The position numbers were made by a program, and so were the translations under genes. This document shows, one piece after another, positions 38,850 through 47,628 of a stretch of 64,000 nucleotides of DNA. The DNA is from a virus. A model generated the notes under the pieces. It ran no database searches, had not been told where the DNA came from, and saw only the letters and a program-made list of their open reading frames with translations. Every line of letters begins with the position of its first letter. Position 1 is the stretch's first letter. The DNA is taken from the IMG/VR virus record IMGVR_UViG_3300021181_000006, positions 32,001 to 96,000 of that record; one strand, 5' to 3'.

Positions 38850-39164
38850 ATGTCTCAGTACCGCTGCCTACGATTACGTGATGATATTACTGCTATTATT
38901 GGAATGCTGGAAAACCATATTGAGCACAAAACTGTTTTATCTATCCATGAGCGCGTAACACTCATCTCGATGTTACAGACGTTGGATGGATCGTTTCATG
39001 AGATGATGATGATTAACGATTTAGGGCGTAATATATGTATGCAAGAAGATAATAAACAGTATAATTTTCTTGCATTGGCGCTTAAGTCCTATTACAAGAA
39101 ACATAAGTTACATGAAGTATCTCCTACTGAAAAGAAAAAACGATTGTCTCCTCGTCCAGAGTGA
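38850..39164 (+). CDS. hypothetical protein
   Basis: 104 aa, AAGGA RBS. Confidence 0.6.
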   Translation: MSQYRCLRLRDDITAIIGMLENHIEHKTVLSIHERVTLISMLQTLDGSFHEMMMINDLGRNICMQEDNKQYNFLALALKSYYKKHKLHEVSPTEKKKRLSPRPE

Positions 39165-39582
39165 TCTGGTTGAGCGAGTCCTATTTAATGGCGATGGCGT
39201 AGCTATCTATATCAAAGGGTATAAAGAGAGTGCTTGCGTAGACTCAGCAGCTGATATTGTATCATTCGATACATTAGTAGAAGCCGTATCTGCTGCTGGT
39301 ATGCAACATCAGGTGGTAAATTATCCGGCACCTTTAAAAGAAGCTGCAGAAGCAGAAAGGCTTGCTGCTGGACATGCAGCGTCCTCATTCAACCAAGGTA
39401 AACTGTCAAAAATGATGGGGCAAATGTGGAAGCCAACGCATCCTCATGCTCTACCTCCTATGCAAATACCTACACCAGCATATCCCATGCATGGTGATTT
39501 CTCCGATGGTGACATGGATGTTTATGATCTCCGGGAACGTACATTAAGCGAAATAGTAAAGAGCGGATATAAGCAGGTATAA
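39112..39582 (+). CDS. hypothetical protein
   Basis: ORF-track frame; ATG at 39112 preferred. Confidence 0.6.
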   Translation: MKYLLLKRKNDCLLVQSDLVERVLFNGDGVAIYIKGYKESACVDSAADIVSFDTLVEAVSAAGMQHQVVNYPAPLKEAAEAERLAAGHAASSFNQGKLSKMMGQMWKPTHPHALPPMQIPTPAYPMHGDFSDGDMDVYDLRERTLSEIVKSGYKQV

Positions 39583-39600
39583 GGTTAGTAAGGAATTACT

Positions 39601-39795
39601 ATGCGCGCTTATCGTGTGATATATATCATCCTCCTCTTAAACTTACCAATAGCATTAGTGTTATTTGTACTGCATCCAGATCATCCAGGTGCTGCCATCG
39701 CTATGGTAGCAGCGGTATTCGTAGCTATTCTGATTCTCTTCATATTAAAGCATTATAAGGCATTTAAAGATGACCAAAGAGGAAAAGCGAGCTGA
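39601..39795 (+). CDS. small two-TM membrane protein
   Basis: 64 aa, two hydrophobic helices, AAGGA RBS. Confidence 0.65.
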   Translation: MRAYRVIYIILLLNLPIALVLFVLHPDHPGAAIAMVAAVFVAILILFILKHYKAFKDDQRGKAS

Positions 39796-39925
39796 ATGGC
39801 TCGCGCTGAAGAAGCAAATCGCTTCTAAAACTTTATCGCGTCAAAAGGCTATTATGCAGTCATTCAACGGTGGACTTATCGATAGAATCCTCGATAGATC
39901 TGCTCTGGAACGTAGGGAAGCCTAA
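39770..39925 (+). CDS. small basic hypothetical protein (51 aa)
   Basis: hand-translated MTKEEKRAEWLALKKQIASKTLSRQK...; fills the gap before a hairpin. Confidence 0.5.
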   Translation: MTKEEKRAEWLALKKQIASKTLSRQKAIMQSFNGGLIDRILDRSALERREA

Positions 39926-39927
39926 AA

Positions 39928-39963
39928 TAATAGAAGATCATCACTTATGGTGATCTTCTATTA
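39928..39963 (+). terminator. hairpin / probable terminator
   Basis: 13-bp arms TAATAGAAGATCA/TGATCTTCTATTA. Confidence 0.55.
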
Positions 39964-39970
39964 GGTATTT

Positions 39971-40402
39971 ATGAAACAAGACATTAACGAAGCATATACA
40001 TGCGTTAATTATGCCTTAATTTATTACGATGATCCTAACTTTTTGTCTGCTAATAAAACCAATCTACGTAAAGCCCTAGAACATCTTAAAAAATGTCAGA
40101 ATACTATGTCGGTGTCCATCACGACAACAGGGCTCCTCAAACAGATTCGGGATATACTCGATCACGTAGAATTACATGGAAACCTCGGTTTAGCCGAAGC
40201 AGCAGTCATTGCACTCGATCAGCTCCGTGATACGATCATCAAAGAGAATCCAGGATACCGATGGAGTGAGATAGATGACTTTATTCGACAGGGTCAAAAG
40301 ATTATGGCCATCAAGGTCTATCGAGATATCCATGGTGCTGGACTATACGACTCAAAATTAGCAGTGGAAAAACGCGCAGAATACTTAAGAAAAACAATAT
40401 GA
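39971..40402 (+). CDS. protein with C-terminal ribosomal bL12 (L7/L12) CTD-like domain
   Basis: KIMAIKVYRDIHGAGLYDSKLAVE resembles the bL12 K.xIKxxRxxxGxGLxEAKxxVE motif. Confidence 0.65.
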   Translation: MKQDINEAYTCVNYALIYYDDPNFLSANKTNLRKALEHLKKCQNTMSVSITTTGLLKQIRDILDHVELHGNLGLAEAAVIALDQLRDTIIKENPGYRWSEIDDFIRQGQKIMAIKVYRDIHGAGLYDSKLAVEKRAEYLRKTI

Positions 40403-40803
40403 TCACTACATTTAAAGAATTAAGCCACGATTGGAAAGAAACTCAGTTCACTGAAGCGATCCGAGATGGGATCGCTTCAGTGGGTGGATATAGCTTGAAG
40501 CTCGGTGCGAGCCAGTTTATGGCTAAGGGAACTCCAGATACCATTTATTTTTTAGCTGGCGTTACTTTCTTAATTGAGAGTAAAGTCCATCCATTCAAAG
40601 TATCAGCTATTCAGGTAGAACAACTAAGACGGATACGTGCTGGCACCGGGTGCGCTTGGGCAGCTACATTACGTCCACTTGATGGAGTCATGACTGTCGT
40701 CCTCGATGATGGATGGCAATTTACTTCATTAGAAAACATGGTGAAACACTGTGTGAATATCGCTAAAATACAAGCGAGGGATCGTGAGCTTAGACACGTT
40801 TAG
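40399..40803 (+). CDS. VRR-NUC domain nuclease
   Basis: GTPD...IESK...SAIQ...LRRIR PD-(D/E)XK pattern; near an SNF2 helicase. Confidence 0.75.
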   Translation: MITTFKELSHDWKETQFTEAIRDGIASVGGYSLKLGASQFMAKGTPDTIYFLAGVTFLIESKVHPFKVSAIQVEQLRRIRAGTGCAWAATLRPLDGVMTVVLDDGWQFTSLENMVKHCVNIAKIQARDRELRHV

Positions 40804-41443
40804 TAACGACGGGGACGTTTTTAATACCCCTCCTACATTTATTAAAACCATTCAAAATGAAAAGCATCTCCGCGATCTCCAGTCACAATATAATGGTAAT
40901 CCAACTGGGAAGCCTGAATGTCCATATCGTCGCGGTCCATGGATATCAACGTATCGTGGATTAAACGCTATGATGACCAGCGGTCATGTGGATAGCTACT
41001 GTACCTATTATGATCGTGAATGTACTGGTACTCAACTCAAAGCGCATCATTGCCGTATCTGTGCACGTAATGCAGAGGTGAATGGATATTGTCGTCTTTG
41101 TAATTTCTGTATGAATGATGATATCTTTGAACGTAAGAACCAGTTTGTGACCTTCAGTACTCGAATTAGTAATCTTACCAGACTGATAGGTTATCAGGCC
41201 TATGTAACCGCATTGAGGACGCATCGGGAAGATCTTCTGACGCGGTTTTTAGTTTCTCTGGAAACAAAATACCGTGTACATTTCTTCATCACTCCGAAAA
41301 CATTCTCAACGATGCTTGTTATCTTCACTGATTCATCTTTTAATCCTGAAACCAGTTGGACACCCGTATGGAGAAAGTTTATCCGAGATGTCGTAAACCC
41401 ATCAATTTTAGAAAAAAACACATGGACATTGCCCGTTTCATAG
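40784..41443 (+). CDS. hypothetical Cys-rich protein
   Basis: 219 aa with CRIC, CRLC and further Cys. Confidence 0.6.
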   Translation: MSLDTFSNDGDVFNTPPTFIKTIQNEKHLRDLQSQYNGNPTGKPECPYRRGPWISTYRGLNAMMTSGHVDSYCTYYDRECTGTQLKAHHCRICARNAEVNGYCRLCNFCMNDDIFERKNQFVTFSTRISNLTRLIGYQAYVTALRTHREDLLTRFLVSLETKYRVHFFITPKTFSTMLVIFTDSSFNPETSWTPVWRKFIRDVVNPSILEKNTWTLPVS

Positions 41444-41835
41444 CTCGTATGGAGCGGGCTCCTGTCTTTTATCGACAGGATGTTGATGGCATGAATGATG
41501 TTTATGATCTTAAAAAAGAATGTCTAGACTTTGAAAAAGATTTTGGATGCCTACCTACCGGTCATATATCCCATTATGATTATAATTATAGCAGTAGTAA
41601 TCAATTGCGCGACATCAAGCAATACATGAAAATCTGGATTATAGCTTTTGATGTGAGTAGCTATCTCTATCATGCTGACACTCCTGGTGGAGAACGTTAT
41701 TGCTGGAGTTGTAATACAAGATATAAGAGTACTGAAGAAAACGACTTTAAATACCAACTCCATCTACCACGTCATTGTTATACGTGTGAAAATAGGACGA
41801 TTCGACTGAGGACATATATCAATGCCAACGAGTAG
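41422..41835 (+). CDS. hypothetical Zn-ribbon protein
   Basis: CWSC...CYTC pair; ATG at 41422. Confidence 0.6.
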   Translation: MDIARFIARMERAPVFYRQDVDGMNDVYDLKKECLDFEKDFGCLPTGHISHYDYNYSSSNQLRDIKQYMKIWIIAFDVSSYLYHADTPGGERYCWSCNTRYKSTEENDFKYQLHLPRHCYTCENRTIRLRTYINANE

Positions 41836-42046
41836 AGAGCGACTCAGCTATTTATGTAATAAGTATAATACTGCATGGTCTATTGATTTTCATACACATT
41901 TAAACGCACATCTACCATACTGTTTTTTCTGTAAACAACCTTATGATGCTGTCGAAATGGCATTAAATCTTTCCCCACAATGTGATTGTCCTCAGATCCA
42001 TGAGGCTATTGCAGAAGTTACGGAGATGACATATGGATCTCACTGA
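41822..42046 (+). CDS. small Zn-finger protein, family A
   Basis: CFFC...LNLSPQCDC. Confidence 0.65.
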   Translation: MPTSRERLSYLCNKYNTAWSIDFHTHLNAHLPYCFFCKQPYDAVEMALNLSPQCDCPQIHEAIAEVTEMTYGSH

Positions 42047-42287
42047 ACGTCATGCACGATATCATGCAATTCGAAAAAGATATTATCCAAATAGTATTGT
42101 AGCTATATTCGATTTATTAAATAGGGAATTTAAGGAGACACAATGCTGTCCATTCTGTGAAAAAGAATCTCATAGTATCTATAAAGACTTAAATATTCCT
42201 CTGTATTGTGACTGTAAAAAGTATAGAGCATTATGTAGTGATGTAGCATTTTTTAAGGATCCATTCCATGCAGTGCCCCAAATGTGA
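42033..42287 (+). CDS. small Zn-finger protein, family A
   Basis: CPFC...DLNIPLYCDC. Confidence 0.65.
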   Translation: MDLTERHARYHAIRKRYYPNSIVAIFDLLNREFKETQCCPFCEKESHSIYKDLNIPLYCDCKKYRALCSDVAFFKDPFHAVPQM

Positions 42288-42450
42288 TCAGGAACTGCCT
42301 GAAGAAGATATCATGAAAGCGAATCTTGGATTAGACTGTAGTAGCTGTAATAGGATGAGAGTAACTCATATCATGGCGCGTCTTATGTCGGGAGCTGATA
42401 TGGTGTTTCCATCAAAATTATTTGACCGTGAATGTGATAAACCTTCATGA
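42268..42450 (+). CDS. small Zn-finger protein, family B
   Basis: CPKC...LGLDCSSC...FP. Confidence 0.65.
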   Translation: MQCPKCDQELPEEDIMKANLGLDCSSCNRMRVTHIMARLMSGADMVFPSKLFDRECDKPS

Positions 42451-42617
42451 TTACCTGCCCTAAATGCGGATGGGATCAAGTGCCTGATGAGGAACAGCTC
42501 CATATAGATTTAGGTTTAGACTGTAGTACATGTTTTATTCATAAGTTTATAAGCCATACCATGCGTGAAAAAACCTGTATTGAGCAAATATTCCCTAGCC
42601 TACGAGTAGATCCATGA
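42447..42617 (+). CDS. small Zn-finger protein, family B (not in ORF track)
   Basis: hand-translated 56 aa MITCPKC...LGLDCSTC...FP; ATGA overlaps at both ends. Confidence 0.7.
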   Translation: MITCPKCGWDQVPDEEQLHIDLGLDCSTCFIHKFISHTMREKTCIEQIFPSLRVDP

Positions 42618-42844
42618 CTACGGTTGAAGAACTCTATGCCATCCAGAAAAAATACTGGAATCATGATATACAATTTGTCTATGACATAGTCGTTTTGGAT
42701 GGAGATACGAATGGGCAATGTCCATTATGTAACCTCTATCAAGATCCACTATTACAAGATTTATCTATACCATTTAGTTGTGATTGTGATAAGTTTCAAG
42801 AACTAGAAAAAGATCTTGCTATAATTAAATCATTTTATCCATGA
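42614..42844 (+). CDS. small Zn-finger protein, family A
   Basis: CPLC...DLSIPFSCDC. Confidence 0.65.
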   Translation: MTTVEELYAIQKKYWNHDIQFVYDIVVLDGDTNGQCPLCNLYQDPLLQDLSIPFSCDCDKFQELEKDLAIIKSFYP

Positions 42845-44229
42845 ATACTCTCTATCCCTATCAAGAAACCACCGTCCAGCAACTCATGCAGTGGCAGTCC
42901 AGTGGACTCATAGCTGACTGCGGAACTGGTAAATGTGCCATGCTCTTAAACTTGTTCCTGCGGAAGAAGTTGAAGAAACTACTTATTATTTGTCCTCGAT
43001 CTGTCATGGAGTCCGCATGGGGTGACGATATACCAAAGTTCGCACCACATCTGACTTTTCAGATGGTATGGCATGCGAATATGGCGAAACGTAAGCTCTT
43101 GTTAGCTCAACCAGCAGATATATATATTATAAATTACCAAGCTGTTGGTAAATGCTTTAATGAACTCGTAGCTAAGCAATTCGATATGTGCATTCTCGAT
43201 GAATCTACTTTTATTAAGAATCCCACGTCGCATCGCTGCAAAGATGTATTAAAACTCCGAAAGTATATACCTTCACGGCATATCGCCACCGGAACTCCAG
43301 GACATGAGCCGTTGCATTACTGGAGTCAGTGGTCATTTATCCATGATACACCGTTCTTAGGGTGTAGATCATGGTATGACTTCCGTAAAAAGTTTTATTA
43401 TGAGATCCCTTTACCGACTGGCATATCATTATGGAAGTTTAATGCTAATTATACACATATGCTTAATGATGCTTTGTATACCAATAGCATCCGTCTTTTC
43501 AAAGCAGAGTGTCAAAAATACCTACCTGCGCGTAACTTTATCAGACGGTACATCGATCTTCCACCCAGTGCGAGATCTATCTATAAGCAAATGGAAAAAG
43601 AGTCCGTTGCTGATATTCCTGGTAACGATGATAAACTGGCTGCCTTCTTCGAAACGACCCGTCGAGGCAAACTTCGCCAAATGGCAAACGGATATGTCAT
43701 ACGAGATGACAGGGGGTATGCTAGGACCGTACATAATATACACACAAGTAAACTCGAAGAATGTCGTGATATCATTGATAACGTTTTAGAGCCAGAAGAA
43801 TCTGTGATCATCTGGTCGAACTTTGTTGAGGAGATACGCCAGTTAGAAAAAGAACTCGGTTATCCATCGATCTGTGGTGGTACGAAGAATGCTAATCAGT
43901 TAATCGCTGATTTCAAAGCAGGAAAGCTAAAAGGTATCATTGCACATCCAGCTTCTGTAGCACATGGAATCACCTGGACAACCTGTCATAACTCTATATA
44001 TTTCGGGCTACCAGAGGATACCGAGTTATTTTGCCAATCTCTTGACAGAACGCACCGTAACGGTCAGATCTATCCTTGTAACTATTTTCTTATACTCGCT
44101 AGAAAAACTATAGACGAAGACATATGGAAGGATCATGAACGTAAGAAGATACGAGAGCTCACTATCAGCTCAGACTCTACGTTTAAGAAACTTATGTTGC
44201 AACGTCTTATCACCCTGAACATGATTTAG
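42841..44229 (+). CDS. SNF2-family helicase
   Basis: ADCGTGKC, ILDES, ATGTP, QSLDRTHRNGQ motifs. Confidence 0.85.
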   Translation: MNTLYPYQETTVQQLMQWQSSGLIADCGTGKCAMLLNLFLRKKLKKLLIICPRSVMESAWGDDIPKFAPHLTFQMVWHANMAKRKLLLAQPADIYIINYQAVGKCFNELVAKQFDMCILDESTFIKNPTSHRCKDVLKLRKYIPSRHIATGTPGHEPLHYWSQWSFIHDTPFLGCRSWYDFRKKFYYEIPLPTGISLWKFNANYTHMLNDALYTNSIRLFKAECQKYLPARNFIRRYIDLPPSARSIYKQMEKESVADIPGNDDKLAAFFETTRRGKLRQMANGYVIRDDRGYARTVHNIHTSKLEECRDIIDNVLEPEESVIIWSNFVEEIRQLEKELGYPSICGGTKNANQLIADFKAGKLKGIIAHPASVAHGITWTTCHNSIYFGLPEDTELFCQSLDRTHRNGQIYPCNYFLILARKTIDEDIWKDHERKKIRELTISSDSTFKKLMLQRLITLNMI

Positions 44230-44236
44230 GTATAAT

Positions 44237-44848
44237 ATGCCAGTACAGCAACTGAATGAAAATACTCTATCGGCACCTGTGGTGTTTGCCAAAGGTGTTG
44301 ATAGTCCATTACCTCCAGTACGACGTGGAAGGCCACCGAAGGCTAAGGATACAGTAGCTCTCAAGCAACCTGAGGTAGCTGAAACGATTGCGCCACCTCC
44401 TCGGAAGATTAAGCAAGGGGTGAGAGAACAACAGCCAGTCATACAACAGGCTCCTCCTGAGCCCGTTGAAGAACTCAATGATAAGACTGATCCTGAGATA
44501 GATATGGCAGCTATGCTGCTAGATGAAGCGAATGCCGATATGTCAGATAATCAATCCAAAGATGATGGCCAGGCCCTGACAAACGAACAACCAGAATCAT
44601 TTAGTATCGATCAAGTCTATCATGACATCTTCACTGGTGAACTTCGTGAGACGACCAAACAACTGCTTATTCATTCAGTCGAGGGTAAGTCTATCCTCGA
44701 TGAGATTAATAGCGAAAACTATAGTCATTGGGAAAAAGAATGTCTGACACAACTTCGACAAGCAGTGGGCCAGTACCAGGGGAAACTCATTCTGGAGATC
44801 AAGATAACCCAGCAGCCAACCCATTTACTCGTCGAAGTCCAGAAGTAG
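44237..44848 (+). CDS. hypothetical protein, disordered with AT-hook-like RRGRPPK
   Basis: 203 aa, basic N-terminal half, acidic middle. Confidence 0.6.
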   Translation: MPVQQLNENTLSAPVVFAKGVDSPLPPVRRGRPPKAKDTVALKQPEVAETIAPPPRKIKQGVREQQPVIQQAPPEPVEELNDKTDPEIDMAAMLLDEANADMSDNQSKDDGQALTNEQPESFSIDQVYHDIFTGELRETTKQLLIHSVEGKSILDEINSENYSHWEKECLTQLRQAVGQYQGKLILEIKITQQPTHLLVEVQK

Positions 44849-45534
44849 TCGATCAGTCTAAGATATCTCTCGATATTTTAGATTTATCGACTATTCCTCG
44901 TATTGAGGATATCCCTGCTGCCGAACCTTTCATTGTGCATGACCGTGCACCTGAGGTAGACGCAAAGGGACAGATTCGTGTATTATCACGTGATGAAGAG
45001 CGTGCCCTCATTGCTAAAGCACTGACCGGCGACAAGAATGCACGGAATAAGATTGTTGAACACAATTTGAGGCTTGTAGCCTATGTCGCAAAGTCGTATG
45101 CACGCGATCAGGAGATGTTTAACGAACTCTACGCTGAAGGATATCACGTCCTCTTTCATGCCATAGACCGCTTTGATCTCTCCATGGAGACAAAGTTCTC
45201 AACCTATGGTACCTGGTGGATTCGACAGGCGATGTCGAAGTACCTCCATATGAAGCATGGTAATGGATCGGTCTATGATATTGATATGGAATCGCCAGTG
45301 AACAAAGAGAATTACGAGAATAACGAGGTGACTCGTTTGATTCGTGATTGTCTGTATTTATTAACAGACCGCGAGTCTGATATTATTAAACGTCGCTTTG
45401 GAATCGACTGCTCTGAGGAAACTCTTGATGAGATCGGTAAGGACTACGGCTTATCGAAGGAACGTATCAGACAGATCCAAGAGAAAGCGCTTGAGAAGTT
45501 AAAGCCTATTTTACAAACCTCATTTATGGCGTAA
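44740..45534 (+). CDS. RNA polymerase sigma-70 factor (RpoD/RpoS-like motifs, region 3 missing)
   Basis: LSRDEERAL, NLRLVAYVAKSY, KFSTYGTWWIRQAM, LDEIGKDYGLSKERIRQIQEKALEKL. Confidence 0.9.
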   Translation: MSDTTSTSSGPVPGETHSGDQDNPAANPFTRRSPEVVDQSKISLDILDLSTIPRIEDIPAAEPFIVHDRAPEVDAKGQIRVLSRDEERALIAKALTGDKNARNKIVEHNLRLVAYVAKSYARDQEMFNELYAEGYHVLFHAIDRFDLSMETKFSTYGTWWIRQAMSKYLHMKHGNGSVYDIDMESPVNKENYENNEVTRLIRDCLYLLTDRESDIIKRRFGIDCSEETLDEIGKDYGLSKERIRQIQEKALEKLKPILQTSFMA

Positions 45535-46097
45535 TGAAATACCACAACATCCTGAATTACAGGTATAAACTTCATAGCATTATTAAAGAAAGCTATACTC
45601 AGTATTATTATCCATGCAAATGGGACGATCATACGACCATAGCACATTACAGCGTTTCTGATATCCAGGCATGGATTCTACGTGAGGCTATTCATCTACG
45701 TATTATTCTTAAGACTTATTTAGATTCTCACCAACTACCGTTTCATCTAGGTCTTATGAATAATAGTGATAACCTGCATACAGAGTGGTTATTTAATAAT
45801 ACTGCATTAAAGATCTCTTTACATAAAAATATGTATCGATTTAATAAAATGCACTATGAATATGGTTTATACTCTAATTTACACATCGGTAGTTCTGTAA
45901 GTGCTAGAGTGATTTTAGATATAACTCGCTATGTGAATAATATGATCGAGACTCCATTACATAACATGCTCTATGATCTCATCGAACAGAGATATCTCAT
46001 GTATCTTTATCAGTACTGTTATGAAAATAATGACGATAGAACTCATTTTATTGATGATATTATGCATAAGCGTCGGAGTAATCTTGCGTTATCATAA
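45534..46097 (+). CDS. hypothetical protein (paralog 1)
   Basis: 187 aa, MKYHN...IQAWI...RIIL. Confidence 0.6.
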   Translation: MKYHNILNYRYKLHSIIKESYTQYYYPCKWDDHTTIAHYSVSDIQAWILREAIHLRIILKTYLDSHQLPFHLGLMNNSDNLHTEWLFNNTALKISLHKNMYRFNKMHYEYGLYSNLHIGSSVSARVILDITRYVNNMIETPLHNMLYDLIEQRYLMYLYQYCYENNDDRTHFIDDIMHKRRSNLALS

Positions 46098-46653
46098 TCT
46101 CTACCTCAAAAAATATCATCTGAAACAACTCTGTGATAGTACCTATGGCGATAAACGCGTCGTCACGTATCCTCTCAATCATACTGATATTATACAGTAT
46201 GATGATTATCAAATACAATCATGGATTACCTGTGCATCTATTAATATGAGGATCTTATTAGATAAAACTTTAAAACATCTGTCTTTTCTCAACCATTTAA
46301 ACATAGCTCATAAATCACGACAAAAACATCATTTAGATGATGTGACTTATATCAGCACAGGATATCAGGAAGACATCCAGCAGGAACTTACCTTGCATAT
46401 AGAGGTCATAGCAGGACCATTCCATAGTCATATTGAGTCGGTATGGATGAGAAATAAGAATGATACTATTGTTTTTAAAAGTATAAAAAATAATAATTGG
46501 TTGATATGTACATTAGTAGAATCGTATTACAATATGATATTCGCGTATAATGCGCGTGATATGAATATTAAACTGCCATCATTAATCATGAATCATATGC
46601 AAATGTATGCGTGGCAGAATATGGATAATATCTTAAATTCGCAAATAGACTAG
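46084..46653 (+). CDS. hypothetical protein (paralog 2)
   Basis: TTG start after GGAG gives MRYHN...IQSWI...RILL. Confidence 0.6.
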   Translation: MRYHNLYLKKYHLKQLCDSTYGDKRVVTYPLNHTDIIQYDDYQIQSWITCASINMRILLDKTLKHLSFLNHLNIAHKSRQKHHLDDVTYISTGYQEDIQQELTLHIEVIAGPFHSHIESVWMRNKNDTIVFKSIKNNNWLICTLVESYYNMIFAYNARDMNIKLPSLIMNHMQMYAWQNMDNILNSQID

Positions 46654-46687
46654 ATTATTTGGTATAAATCTCATACAGGAGGTTTCC

Positions 46688-47005
46688 ATGAAGTTGGAAA
46701 AAACTCCACTGGTAGTCCTTGTTTCCCTGCTCCGCTATGGCAGGGTGACTGATAGACAAATCCATGGAATGATCGAAGGCGGTGATCGTGCAGTATCCGC
46801 TGCGAAAACAAAACTATTAGAATTACCTGGTATTTATAGTGTGAGTGGTGATTTAGCCACCTATAACTACCTGAGTACCAATAGAATTTTTACATTCCGA
46901 GACGGAAATAATAAAGCAATATCTCTTAGGGATGTGAAGCATCGGGCTGTTCCTACAGTGCATGTCCCCACTGACTTAGCTGCGATGCAGGAGTTCTTTG
47001 CGTGA
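46688..47005 (+). CDS. hypothetical protein
   Basis: 105 aa, AGGAGG RBS, GGTATAA at 46661. Confidence 0.7.
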   Translation: MKLEKTPLVVLVSLLRYGRVTDRQIHGMIEGGDRAVSAAKTKLLELPGIYSVSGDLATYNYLSTNRIFTFRDGNNKAISLRDVKHRAVPTVHVPTDLAAMQEFFA

Positions 47006-47625
47006 TTGTTGGTATTGGTCATAAAAAGCAGCATGGTAAATCCACTGCTGCAGCTATCATCCAGTCATATCTGCAAAAGAACGGCTACCCGTGTGTAGTC
47101 GATTCTTTTGCAGAAGGTCTGAAGCGAGTTCTGCTAGAACTCTTCCCGAAGCAATTACAATATCGTCATCTGTATGGCACAGATGCTGATAAAAATGAAC
47201 GCTTACCGGATATACGTATTCCGAACTTAAAAGCTGGCGAGTTCGTATGTGGTCGTACTTTGATGCAACACTTCGGAACCGAAGTGTGTCGCAGTATGTA
47301 TGATAAAATTTGGTGCACACAGTTAGCTAATCGAGCTGCTCAGCAGCCTGGTAAAGTGACTATTACGGCTGATGTACGGTTTCCAAATGAAGTAGAGACG
47401 ATTTTAGGGCATAATGGTATTGTTCTGAAGATCCAACGTCCTGTTGAACCTTCAGGCAACGATACACATCCATCCGAAACTGCTTTAGATGGTTTTACAG
47501 GCTGGAGTCATGTCGTTGTGAATGATGGCGATATGTCTGCCTTAGAATCAAAAATTATTAGCATCTGTGATTCCATCATCATCCCCAAACTTGATGTTGA
47601 AAGAAATAACATCAAAAGGTTTTAA
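47002..47625 (+). CDS. deoxynucleoside monophosphate kinase
   Basis: P-loop GHKKQHGKST, SFAEGLK, RTLMQHFGTE, ADVRFPNE. Confidence 0.85.
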   Translation: MIVGIGHKKQHGKSTAAAIIQSYLQKNGYPCVVDSFAEGLKRVLLELFPKQLQYRHLYGTDADKNERLPDIRIPNLKAGEFVCGRTLMQHFGTEVCRSMYDKIWCTQLANRAAQQPGKVTITADVRFPNEVETILGHNGIVLKIQRPVEPSGNDTHPSETALDGFTGWSHVVVNDGDMSALESKIISICDSIIIPKLDVERNNIKRF

Positions 47626-47628
47626 TAC

